Shown here: one piece after another, positions 39,586 to 48,406 of the stretch
Layout of the letters: each line of letters opens with the position of its first letter
Numbering within the stretch: position 1 is the stretch's first letter
From: Oscillospiraceae bacterium
GTDB taxonomy: Bacteria; Bacillota; Clostridia; Oscillospirales; Ruminococcaceae
DNA: 54,318 nt
Assembly: GCA_016296165.1 (NCBI GenBank)
Contig: JAEDJV010000001.1
Coordinates: forward strand, 1-54,318
Direction of reading: 5' to 3'
The notes under the pieces: generated by a model
Seen by the model: only the letters and a program-made list of their open reading frames with translations
The model's database searches: none
Told to the model about the DNA's origin: nothing
Translations under genes and position numbers: made by a program

Positions 39586-39758
39586 TGGATAATGCAGATG
39601 ATGATATCTGCTTCTATGAATGAAATAGCCAGAGAAAATGGATGTACAGAGCTACAAAAATAAATTTATTATAGTGAGTTTGGAATATAAGTCAATAGTA
39701 ACAATTAACAAAAATAATATAACATATAATGCATAATCGGAAAACGTCAAACAAGATA

Positions 39759-39787
39759 GTGACATTTTCTTAAAAGTATGGTATACT
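39759..39787 (+). promoter_or_regulatory. Putative sigma-A promoter of the amidase gene
   Basis: GTGACA, 17 bp, TG-g-TATACT. Confidence 0.55.
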
Positions 39788-39823
39788 AATATAGAGCATG
39801 CAATATTGTTTATGGAGGTTCTT

Positions 39824-40615
39824 ATGGCAGATAATAATTCCAGGTCTGTAGTGCGCAGACTGCATAAGGGAAGAGTGTGTGGCTGTGTGACCATACTCAT
39901 TATTATAATTATTTTAATCAGTACTCTTATAAGCAGCTGCAATAAAAAGAATGGTGAAGAAAAAAAACCTGATGCAACTGATGTTGTTGCAAATCAGACG
40001 GTAACGACCTCTGCAGAACAGGTTAAGAAAAATTACATAATATGTGTAGATCCAGGACATGGCGGTGACGATGTTGGAAGCGGAAACAGCGTCAGGTACG
40101 AAAAAGTTGATAATTTAAGGTACGCTACAGTAGTTTATGATGAACTTAAAAAGAGAGAAAATATCGATGCTATTATGACTCGTACTGACGATACTTACCT
40201 TGATAACGAGCAAAGAGCTAAGTTTGCAAATGATGCAAAAGCGGATCTTTATCTGGCACTTCACAGAAACGAATCAGATGATAAGAGTGCCAACGGTATT
40301 GAAGTATGGATACAGCAGGAAAAGAGTGTTGTTGATGAGGTTCTCGGTTTTAAGCTTACTGAAGCACTCAAGACAGTTGGTGTACAAAGCAACAGAGGAG
40401 TACAGGCCGGGTATACAAATGATTCACAGAACAACTTCCAGATTATCGAATGGACTGATATGCCGGCGTGTATTGTTGAATTAGGTTTTATTTCAAACGA
40501 TGAGGATAACAGACTTTTTGATGAGAATTATAAAGAATACGCGATAGCTATTGCAGATGTAGTTGAAGAGATGTGTACTGACGGATATCTTGATAATCTT
40601 CCGCCAAAACACTAA
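39824..40615 (+). CDS. Membrane-anchored N-acetylmuramoyl-L-alanine amidase (Amidase_3)
   Basis: VDPGHGG, EK..N, MTR, LHRN, IVELGFISN; N-terminal TM; GGAGG RBS before ATG 39824 (track starts at 39806). Confidence 0.9.
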   Translation: MADNNSRSVVRRLHKGRVCGCVTILIIIIILISTLISSCNKKNGEEKKPDATDVVANQTVTTSAEQVKKNYIICVDPGHGGDDVGSGNSVRYEKVDNLRYATVVYDELKKRENIDAIMTRTDDTYLDNEQRAKFANDAKADLYLALHRNESDDKSANGIEVWIQQEKSVVDEVLGFKLTEALKTVGVQSNRGVQAGYTNDSQNNFQIIEWTDMPACIVELGFISNDEDNRLFDENYKEYAIAIADVVEEMCTDGYLDNLPPKH

Positions 40616-40653
40616 AATAAAAAAACCAGTATTTTTTTACTGGTTTTTTTATT
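40616..40653 (+). terminator. Intrinsic (possibly bidirectional) terminator after the amidase
   Basis: AATAAAAAAACCAGTA...TACTGGTTTTTTTATT. Confidence 0.8.
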
Positions 40654-40663
40654 TTGATAATTT

Positions 40664-40698
40664 AAAAAATACCGTATCAGATATCCTGATACGGTATT
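40664..40698 (-). terminator. Intrinsic terminator of the GH48 gene
   Basis: Minus strand AATACCGTATCAG-GATAT-CTGATACGGTATT-TTTT. Confidence 0.85.
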
Positions 40699-40714
40699 AA
40701 TTTATAGATTGTTA

Positions 40715-43120
40715 TTAGATCTTGTCAATCTTGTGTGAAACAAACTGCTTGATTCTTGAGAGGTCAGTAATTGTGAGATCACCGTCACCGTCAACGTCAC
40801 TATTAGCCTTAGCTTCAGCAGTTGGTGTGCTTTCCTTTAAGATGTAGAGAGCGAGCATTGAAAGGTCGTTCATATCAATTTTACCATCAAGGTTAACGTC
40901 ACCGAGAAGCTTTCCGCCAGGAGTTGTTGTAGTTGTTTCATCAGGAGTTGTTGTTACCTCTCCGCCACCATTTGTTGCTTCATCACCGTTAGGTTTCTCA
41001 ATTGGTGTATCAAGTGAGTAGTCCTTTGAAGGAACTGCATCTGGGAAGAGAGTTGCCATCGTACCACAAGCCATGAGGTAGTCACCAATGTGCCAGAATC
41101 TGTGGTAGTTAAGGTCAAATCCTTCTGTTTCCTTGTTTGTGTTGTAGTATGTTTCGAGTTCCTTGAACATTGGATCGTCTCTGTACTGAGTTCTGATGTC
41201 GATGAACTTGATACCATTCTTGATAGCATCACCGTTAGGCATCTTTCCATCGTATGATTCTGGTATCCATACATCCTGTTCAAATATTCTTGTTAAGCTT
41301 CCGTTGTGTTCAGTCTGTGAAATACCGATATCATCACGGTAGCATACCCACATAGCGTCGATGAGTGTCTTTGCTACGTTGAACGCTTCGATACCGAGTT
41401 CAGAACCCTCTGATGTTCCAACCTTAACACCTTCAGCTGCAGCATACCAGAGAAGTGTGTTTGAAAGTGAGCTTAAGCAACCAACGTCTGAAGCACCGTA
41501 ACTTGAGATTGTAAATGTAAGGTTCTTGTTATCTGATTTTTTACCTGTCCATGTGTCAGGCTGAGCATTCTTATCCCATGCAAGTACTGATGGCATCTGG
41601 AATGGGAGCATGAGACCGTTTTCGTCGTTTTCGCCCCACTTGAGATTATCACAGAACCAGCCAACCCACTTGTCAAGGAGAGCCTTAGCTCTTGCAGCGA
41701 TTTCTGTTTCGCCGTCTTCCTTAGCAGCATAGTAAAGTTCAGCAATACGCTGTGTTGACCATACCTGGTTACCAATCCAGCCGTTTGAACCTGGGTCAGC
41801 GTAAACAGGGTGAGGAACATATGCCATTCCATGGAATGTAGAAATGCCACTAGGATATTTTTCATATCTACCGCTCCAGCTGTTTGTAGCACCACCAGCG
41901 AACGGACCTTCATTTGACTGGAGCCATTCATAGAATTCGAGCTGTCTGTTGAATGATTCCTGCCAGTCCTTATCAGCACCTGAAGCCTTCATGTTACTGC
42001 TGATAGCGTTGTGTTTTTTGTCTATAGCAGCATAAGCTAAGAGAACGTTCTGGTAGAACTGATGAGCGTGGCTACAACCGATCTGCCATGTCCATGTACC
42101 ATCGAGAGCACCGCCCCATGATGTGTACCAGGCCATGAGGTAGTGAGCACCATCATAACCAGCAGACGGATCAGTCTTTGTTGTAGATTCGTCAATCTTC
42201 TTGTAGTATTTATCAAACATATCGTTACGGAGCTGGTCAGTCATCTTACCTGCAAGTGCTTCAACTGATGAATCACCTACATTCCATCTGCTTGCCCAGT
42301 AAACAGCCTGAATAGCACGTCCTTCAGCGTCAGGAGCATTAGTATAAGCATACTGTTCAGCTACCTGAGTTTCTGTTGTGAAGATACCCTTGATACCTTT
42401 TGTGCCGGCCATACCGTATTTAAGTTCTTCTACGCAGCCCTGCGGAACTGTTTCGAAACATGATTCTTCTTCACCACGCTGGAATGTGTTGATGAATGTG
42501 AAACCACCGTTTCCGCCGCCAAATCCATACCAGTCGTCAACGTCAGCAAGCCAGTGAAGGAGATAAAGACCATCGTCTGAACCATATGCACTGCAGAAAT
42601 TTTTGTGAATAGGGTTAAGACCTGTGTTACCTGTCATCATATCTGTAGGATATTTTTCAGGAAGTTCCCATTCGTCTGAGTATGTAGCTGAAGGTTCAGT
42701 TTTCTGCATGAAGCCTTTCTGTACAGAAGGAATCATAACTTCCATTGTCTTCCATGCCTTAGCTACTTCACCTGACTCACCATCGAGGTTATCCTTCATA
42801 GCTGCAATCCATACTAAGTATGACATAGCTTCAGAAGTTGTTTCATGACCGTAGTCAGGAGCTTCTACTACAACTGTTTCTACAGCGTGATAAGGAATAC
42901 CTTCCTTTGAAAGATATCCGTTTTCTTTACCCTTTGTTACAACGTCGTCGTAGAGTGAGTAGAACATATTCTTATATGTGTCATCACCGAATTTTTCAGG
43001 AAGTGTTCTGCCCGACTTTCCGTTTACTTTAGCAGAAGCTGTGAGCGGAGCTGCAACAGCTGCAAGCATAGAAAGTGAGAGAGCAAAAGCGACTGCTTTT
43101 TTTGTTTTCTTAAGAACCAT
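40715..43120 (-). CDS. Cellulosomal GH48 processive cellulase with Thr-rich linker and C-terminal dockerin
   Basis: GIPYH..E....EAPDYGHETTSEAMSY, HWLADVDDWYGFG, FINTFQRG, YTNAPDAE, GGATNSW, YHRFW; dockerin GDVNLDGKIDMND. Confidence 0.96.
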   Translation of the reverse strand: MVLKKTKKAVAFALSLSMLAAVAAPLTASAKVNGKSGRTLPEKFGDDTYKNMFYSLYDDVVTKGKENGYLSKEGIPYHAVETVVVEAPDYGHETTSEAMSYLVWIAAMKDNLDGESGEVAKAWKTMEVMIPSVQKGFMQKTEPSATYSDEWELPEKYPTDMMTGNTGLNPIHKNFCSAYGSDDGLYLLHWLADVDDWYGFGGGNGGFTFINTFQRGEEESCFETVPQGCVEELKYGMAGTKGIKGIFTTETQVAEQYAYTNAPDAEGRAIQAVYWASRWNVGDSSVEALAGKMTDQLRNDMFDKYYKKIDESTTKTDPSAGYDGAHYLMAWYTSWGGALDGTWTWQIGCSHAHQFYQNVLLAYAAIDKKHNAISSNMKASGADKDWQESFNRQLEFYEWLQSNEGPFAGGATNSWSGRYEKYPSGISTFHGMAYVPHPVYADPGSNGWIGNQVWSTQRIAELYYAAKEDGETEIAARAKALLDKWVGWFCDNLKWGENDENGLMLPFQMPSVLAWDKNAQPDTWTGKKSDNKNLTFTISSYGASDVGCLSSLSNTLLWYAAAEGVKVGTSEGSELGIEAFNVAKTLIDAMWVCYRDDIGISQTEHNGSLTRIFEQDVWIPESYDGKMPNGDAIKNGIKFIDIRTQYRDDPMFKELETYYNTNKETEGFDLNYHRFWHIGDYLMACGTMATLFPDAVPSKDYSLDTPIEKPNGDEATNGGGEVTTTPDETTTTTPGGKLLGDVNLDGKIDMNDLSMLALYILKESTPTAEAKANSDVDGDGDLTITDLSRIKQFVSHKIDKI

Positions 43121-43229
43121 TTTCAGAATTCTCCTCTCAAAAATATTATTAAAAATAATGCGTACTCAAAGATTATGAGAAAAAAGTGATAAAAAAATAC
43201 ACCAAAATTTCATAATCCTTTATAATATA

Positions 43230-43258
43230 ATTGTAATACACAAACAATTGTTTGTCAA
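43230..43258 (-). promoter_or_regulatory. sigma-A promoter of the GH48 gene containing a perfect 16-bp palindrome
   Basis: Minus strand TTGACA (43253-43258), 17 bp, TACAAT (43230-43235); ACAAACAATTGTTTGT at 43240-43255. Confidence 0.8.
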
Positions 43259-43641
43259 CCCCCGATAAATAAACAAACTTATAAAAAAATATTTATAGAA
43301 AATACATAATATTGTATTATAAAATACTATAAAATTTATATAATCAAGGTTTGTTTTTGTGAAAATATACAGAATTAATCCATTAATAAAGTTAAAAAAG
43401 ACGGTATTTGTTCTAAAAAAATTGTACCGTATTTTTTTAGAATATACCATTTTAATTATTCTATGGTTTTATCATATATAAATTAGTTTGGAAAAATGTT
43501 TTTATACACAAATTATACACATTTATAGTGTATAATATAAATTCGGAGTATGTTTTCGCATATGCTCCGGACAAGGTTCTTTATATATATCTTAAAATAT
43601 AATATAGTTACATAATTTTTTGAAAGGCGTGACAGATACAC

Positions 43642-44616
43642 ATGATCGAGATTAAAAATCTTACCAAACAGTATGGTTCGATTACAGCAGTAAACAACAT
43701 CAGTTTTACTGCTAACAAAAATGAAATACTTGGATTTCTTGGACCTAACGGTGCCGGAAAATCAACTACAATGAACATGATTGTAGGTTATCTTCCTCCG
43801 ACATCAGGAGAAATTCTGATTGACGGTATGAGTATGAATGATAATCCGCGTGAAGTGAAAAAAAAGATAGGCTATCTGCCTGAACTCCCTCCTCTGTATC
43901 TTGATATGAAGGTTATTGAGTATCTCAGATTTGTGGCAGGAATCAAAGAAGTTCCGAAGTCAGAACGTGAGCATCAGGTTGCACGTGCTTTGTCAAGGCT
44001 TAAGATTACGGACATGAAAAAACGCGTAATAAAAAATCTTTCCAAAGGATACAGACAGCGTGTCGGATTTGCTCAGGCACTTATAGGAGATCCTCAGGTG
44101 CTCATTCTCGATGAACCTACGGTTGGTCTGGATCCTAATCAGACTATGGAAGTACGCAATCTTATTAATATGCTTCGAAAAGACCATACTATTATATTCA
44201 GTTCCCATATTCTTCAGGAAGTAAGTGCAGTATGTGACCGTATTGTAATTATCGACAAGGGTCAGATTAAGGCTATTGATACTAAGGATAAGCTTACAGG
44301 TGCATCTTCAGAAATAGTCTATGTAATTAAAGTTGAGGGTGTTTGTGCAGATGCTGAGAAGGCTCTTCGCTGCATTGATGGAATTAAGAATATCATGGAG
44401 ATAAACTTCCTGGATGAAAAAACATCCGAATTTAAGGTTGAACTTGAAGATGAGGAAGTAAGAAAAGCTATAGTAGCAAAGATGACAGAAGAAGATTTTG
44501 CCATAGCTGAAATCAGAAGAATTTCCTCATCTCTTGAAGATGTATTCGCAAGTTTCACAAGAGGTAAGTCGTATTCTGGTCTTGCTTCATCAGAGACTGA
44601 TGAAGATTCAAAATAA
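43642..44616 (+). CDS. ABC-2 type exporter ATP-binding protein (GldA-like)
   Basis: GPNGAGKST, IGYLPE.PPLY, LSKGYRQRVG, LDEPTVGLDP, SSHIL. Confidence 0.9.
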   Translation: MIEIKNLTKQYGSITAVNNISFTANKNEILGFLGPNGAGKSTTMNMIVGYLPPTSGEILIDGMSMNDNPREVKKKIGYLPELPPLYLDMKVIEYLRFVAGIKEVPKSEREHQVARALSRLKITDMKKRVIKNLSKGYRQRVGFAQALIGDPQVLILDEPTVGLDPNQTMEVRNLINMLRKDHTIIFSSHILQEVSAVCDRIVIIDKGQIKAIDTKDKLTGASSEIVYVIKVEGVCADAEKALRCIDGIKNIMEINFLDEKTSEFKVELEDEEVRKAIVAKMTEEDFAIAEIRRISSSLEDVFASFTRGKSYSGLASSETDEDSK

Positions 44617-44637
44617 TTACAGAAAGGATATAAACAC

Positions 44638-45369
44638 ATGTTTTCGTTGTTTAAAAAAGAAGTACAGTCATATTTCTATTCTCCGCTGGCGTATGTAATA
44701 AGTGCACTTTTTCTTCTTATTTATTCACTTAGTTTTATCCAGTGGATTACAAGTCTTACAAAGCTTAATCTGCAGTTTTCATTTGCTGCAATTTTCTATG
44801 ATCAGTTTTTCTATTTTATTTTTCTCATCCCTATGCTTACTATGAAGACATTTGCGGAGGAAAGACGATCAAATACAGAAGTTCTTCTTATGTCAACTCC
44901 TCTTAATGTATTTAAGATAGTAATGGGTAAGTTTCTCGCAATAGGCGTAGTTTTTGCACTCATTATGACACTTACATTCGTTTATCCGGTTATTACCGAG
45001 ATTTATGGTGCAGTGAAGTGGGGCGGGCTTGCCTGCGGATATCTTGGATTTTTCCTGTGGGGTATGGGATGTGTAGCGGTTGGCATGCTGGTTTCATCAT
45101 TTACTGAAAATCAGATTATTGCCGCGATTTTTGGTGAAGCCGCTATGCTTATTCTCTGGTTTATGGATAAGTTTAATGACATCGAATGGATGAAGAACAA
45201 GCCGGTATGGTCATCACTTATCGCTGCACTTTCTCCAAGAGAAAGATTTGAGGGTTTTGCAACAGGAGTGTTCAGACTTTCAGATTTAGTGTTCTACATA
45301 CTATTTATATCTGTTTTCCTTTGCTGGACAATGATATCCGTTGAAAAAAGACGCTGGAGCAGGGGGTAA
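44638..45369 (+). CDS. ABC-2 type permease (GldF-like)
   Basis: KKE..SYFYSPLAY, PMLTMKTFAEERR..T, GKF, S.FTENQIIA. Confidence 0.87.
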   Translation: MFSLFKKEVQSYFYSPLAYVISALFLLIYSLSFIQWITSLTKLNLQFSFAAIFYDQFFYFIFLIPMLTMKTFAEERRSNTEVLLMSTPLNVFKIVMGKFLAIGVVFALIMTLTFVYPVITEIYGAVKWGGLACGYLGFFLWGMGCVAVGMLVSSFTENQIIAAIFGEAAMLILWFMDKFNDIEWMKNKPVWSSLIAALSPRERFEGFATGVFRLSDLVFYILFISVFLCWTMISVEKRRWSRG

Positions 45370-45374
45370 CTGAT

Positions 45375-46826
45375 ATGAAAAAAGGACTAAAAGTAAATAC
45401 AATTGCGTGGATTGCTGCAGCTGTTGTTCTCATTGCAGCTGTTCCGATAAATATGATTTTTTCAAAGGTAGACGTAAAAGTTGACGTTACACCGTATAGT
45501 GCATATTCACTCAGCGATAAGGCAAATCAGGCTCTTTCTTCGCTGGAAAAACCTGTGGATATGACTGTTCTCTATCAGCTGGATGATCTTTTTGAAGGTA
45601 CTGAACCGGGTGAAGCTGAGTACATGATGGCAAAGATGTTTGTGACAACAATGCGCCAGATGGCTGAGTTTGACAATATCAATCTTCATGAAATCAACAT
45701 AGAAAAAAATCCTGGATATATAAATGAAATCGATCCGGATGGATTTATGAATCTTGCTCCGGGGGATATAATTCTCGAATGCGGAAATCTTAAAAGGGAC
45801 ATTTCATTCACAACACTTTTTAAAACAAATTCTGAAACAGGCAGTATTGAATTTACAGGTGAAAATGCAGTTATAGGTGCGATAAACTATCTCCAGAGTG
45901 GTATAACACCAACAATATACTTCGCTGAAGGTCATGGTGAAAAAAGTATGGATAGTTTTGCTAGTTTTACAAATATGCTTAAAACCCAGAACTATAACGT
46001 TAAGTCTCTTGACATCGGACTTTCAGGCAGTATTCCTGAGGATGCGGTAACAGTTGTTTTTGCAGGCCCTTCAAAAGACATTACAGCCGAGGAAAAGGAA
46101 ATTCTTCTTGATTATGCTGCGGACGGCGGTGATATAACGATGCTTATCTCCCCTCTGAAAGATAAAACTGTATTTAAAAATATAGAAGCTATATTAAAAA
46201 CATATGAAATAGGTATGTGCTACAATCGTGTGTATGAAACACAGGCAGATTATCGTCTGGGCGATGATCAATATACTATTTTGTGTGAACTTGTAGACAA
46301 TGATTTTAATAAAGAACTTATTGATGCACAGGGCAGCCAGAATATTTATATGCCAAGTACAAGAACATTTTACAGTTTAAGTGAAGATGGCAGTACTATC
46401 AAGTCTGATTCACTTGTTGAAACATTTGATTATGCTATGAGTGAACTTTATGGCGGATCACAGACTGATGTACAGACACCGGCCGGTAAGCTTTGCATTG
46501 TAGCTAAGGCTGAAGACGAGGCAAGAAATAACAGCAAGATATTTGTTGCAGGTTCATCTGAATTTATTGATGATGGTGTTATAGCAGATATTATGGGAAA
46601 ATCTAATATTGCTTCACTTACACCTTATCTTTTTCTTATGTCTGTAAGCTGGATGGATGATATTAATTCTGCTGAAGCGATGTATCCAACAAGAGTTCAG
46701 GCTACAGACTATATAACAATTCCTGACAAATCCACAGGTAATATAATTCTGGTTATTATGATTGCACTTCCGGTTCTCATCGCTTCAACCGGTGTTATAG
46801 TTTGGGCAAGGAGACGTAACGCATGA
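45375..46826 (+). CDS. GldG-family ABC auxiliary membrane protein
   Basis: DVT....YSLS, IYFAEGHGE, IPEDA..V..AGP.KD, C-terminal TM ending WARRR. Confidence 0.83.
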   Translation: MKKGLKVNTIAWIAAAVVLIAAVPINMIFSKVDVKVDVTPYSAYSLSDKANQALSSLEKPVDMTVLYQLDDLFEGTEPGEAEYMMAKMFVTTMRQMAEFDNINLHEINIEKNPGYINEIDPDGFMNLAPGDIILECGNLKRDISFTTLFKTNSETGSIEFTGENAVIGAINYLQSGITPTIYFAEGHGEKSMDSFASFTNMLKTQNYNVKSLDIGLSGSIPEDAVTVVFAGPSKDITAEEKEILLDYAADGGDITMLISPLKDKTVFKNIEAILKTYEIGMCYNRVYETQADYRLGDDQYTILCELVDNDFNKELIDAQGSQNIYMPSTRTFYSLSEDGSTIKSDSLVETFDYAMSELYGGSQTDVQTPAGKLCIVAKAEDEARNNSKIFVAGSSEFIDDGVIADIMGKSNIASLTPYLFLMSVSWMDDINSAEAMYPTRVQATDYITIPDKSTGNIILVIMIALPVLIASTGVIVWARRRNA

Positions 46827-48217
46827 TAAAACGATATATCAAACTTCTTATTGGTCTTGTTATTGTGGCTGTTATAGCGGTAGGAGCATATGTCTGGGTT
46901 ACAGTAAACAAAAATAATGAAATAAAAAAAGCGTATGAAGAAGAAACTAAAAAAAGTATCTTTGTATTTGATCCAATGAATATCAAAACAATGCGTGTAC
47001 ACAATAGTTCAGGTGATTTTGTATTTAGCCTTACTGAAGATGGCTGGATCATTTCGGAGGGTGAACAATTTCCGGTTAATCCTAATAAGTTTGTTACTAT
47101 GTCAGAGGCGATGAGTAATCTTACAGCTTCAAGAATTCTGACTGAAGAACTTCCGGATGATTTAAACGGTTACGGACTTGAAGATCCGCTTACTGTATGT
47201 ATGGTTTTGAAGGACGGTACAGAATATTCGCTGGATATTGGCGGTATGATTCCCGGAGGAACGGATTATTACACAAGAGTGACCGGTCAAAATACAATAT
47301 ATGTACTGCCAGAGGATGATGTGCTGAAACTGAAAGCAGAAGTTGATGATCTTAAGGATAATTATCTGTTCGATGCATTGAGTACAGACAGTATAACATC
47401 TCTTAAGTATATGAAAAATGGTACTATTGTTTATGATCTCCGTAAGGAAAATGGTGACTGGAAACTTTTCACACCGTTTCCGCAGGGAGCAGTAAACGGA
47501 GCGAATGTAGCTAATATCACATCCCAGATAATCAGAGCGCAGTGTACAACATTTATTAATGAAGAAATGAACGATCTTTCAAAATTCGGTTTTGATAATC
47601 CGCAGTATCAACTTGAAATAACAACCGATGATAAAGAAGCAGACGTTATTTTCGGAAATTATTATGATGATAATCATAAGTACATTTACGCTTATAATCG
47701 TACTGTGAATCAGATTTATATTTTTGAAACAGCAGTTCTTGGATTTGTTGATACGCAGATTGAGGATGTTCTTAACAAACAGATTCACAGCGAATTCTTC
47801 GGAAATATAAAATCATTTGATATAAACATATTTGGTGAGGAGATAAAGATTGATTATCAGTATAGTGCTTCCGGGGAAGGCGATACATATTACGCTGTAA
47901 ACGGAAAGAAAGTAGATGCTGCTAACGAAGATATTCTTGCTGTATTTAATAATCTTATAAATTCAATAACAGGTATGAACTTTGAGAAAATATGTGAGAA
48001 TGTAAATCATTCAGAGATCAGTAAGGAACCTGATGCTTCGATTACATATCATCTTAAGGAGGGTGAGGATTACCGGCTTGAATTCATTAAGAAGGATGAT
48101 ACTGATAATATGTACTATATTATAGAAAACGGAAAATACAATGGTACTCTTCTTAGAAAAGCTTCTCTCGAAAGCGGCGTTCTTAAGTATTACGAAGAAA
48201 TCCTTGATTTAATCTGA
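46823..48217 (+). CDS. DUF4340-like membrane-anchored protein
   Basis: N-terminal TM; duplicated unit DLNGYGLEDP / DLSKFGFDNP; ATGA overlap with the gldG-like gene. Confidence 0.8.
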   Translation: MIKRYIKLLIGLVIVAVIAVGAYVWVTVNKNNEIKKAYEEETKKSIFVFDPMNIKTMRVHNSSGDFVFSLTEDGWIISEGEQFPVNPNKFVTMSEAMSNLTASRILTEELPDDLNGYGLEDPLTVCMVLKDGTEYSLDIGGMIPGGTDYYTRVTGQNTIYVLPEDDVLKLKAEVDDLKDNYLFDALSTDSITSLKYMKNGTIVYDLRKENGDWKLFTPFPQGAVNGANVANITSQIIRAQCTTFINEEMNDLSKFGFDNPQYQLEITTDDKEADVIFGNYYDDNHKYIYAYNRTVNQIYIFETAVLGFVDTQIEDVLNKQIHSEFFGNIKSFDINIFGEEIKIDYQYSASGEGDTYYAVNGKKVDAANEDILAVFNNLINSITGMNFEKICENVNHSEISKEPDASITYHLKEGEDYRLEFIKKDDTDNMYYIIENGKYNGTLLRKASLESGVLKYYEEILDLI

Positions 48218-48235
48218 TAATACAAAATAAAATTC

Positions 48236-48276
48236 AAACAGTATGACAGCATTTATTTGCTATCATACTGTTTTTT
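48236..48276 (+). terminator. Intrinsic terminator of the gld-like operon
   Basis: AAACAGTATGACAGCA...TGCTATCATACTG-TTTTTT. Confidence 0.82.
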
Positions 48277-48321
48277 GATATTGTGACATAAAACAATGTT
48301 AAATTTGTGTAGTATTATTGA

Positions 48322-48350
48322 TTTACATTTGTACTATATTATGCTATAAT
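48322..48350 (+). promoter_or_regulatory. sigma-A promoter of the third GH9
   Basis: TTTACA, 17 bp, TG-c-TATAAT. Confidence 0.72.
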
Positions 48351-48406
48351 TAAGGTAAATGGGATTCCGCAAGGGGTAAATCAAATTATCAGAAAGGAAC
48401 GTAAAA

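Noticed and set aside
39652..39942. Minus-strand 96-aa ORF, and similar AT-rich ORFs at 43220-43450 and 37913-38104
   Set aside because: Low-complexity translations spanning promoters and terminators, with no RBS support
43357..43374. Rex-like site TTGTGAAAATATACAGAA (and a weaker one upstream of gltA)
   Set aside because: Two to three mismatches in very AT-rich DNA; not distinguishable from chance without comparative data
43642..46826. Gliding motility system
   Set aside because: Only gldA/F/G-like ABC genes are present; no T9SS or motor genes, and the organism appears to be a Firmicute
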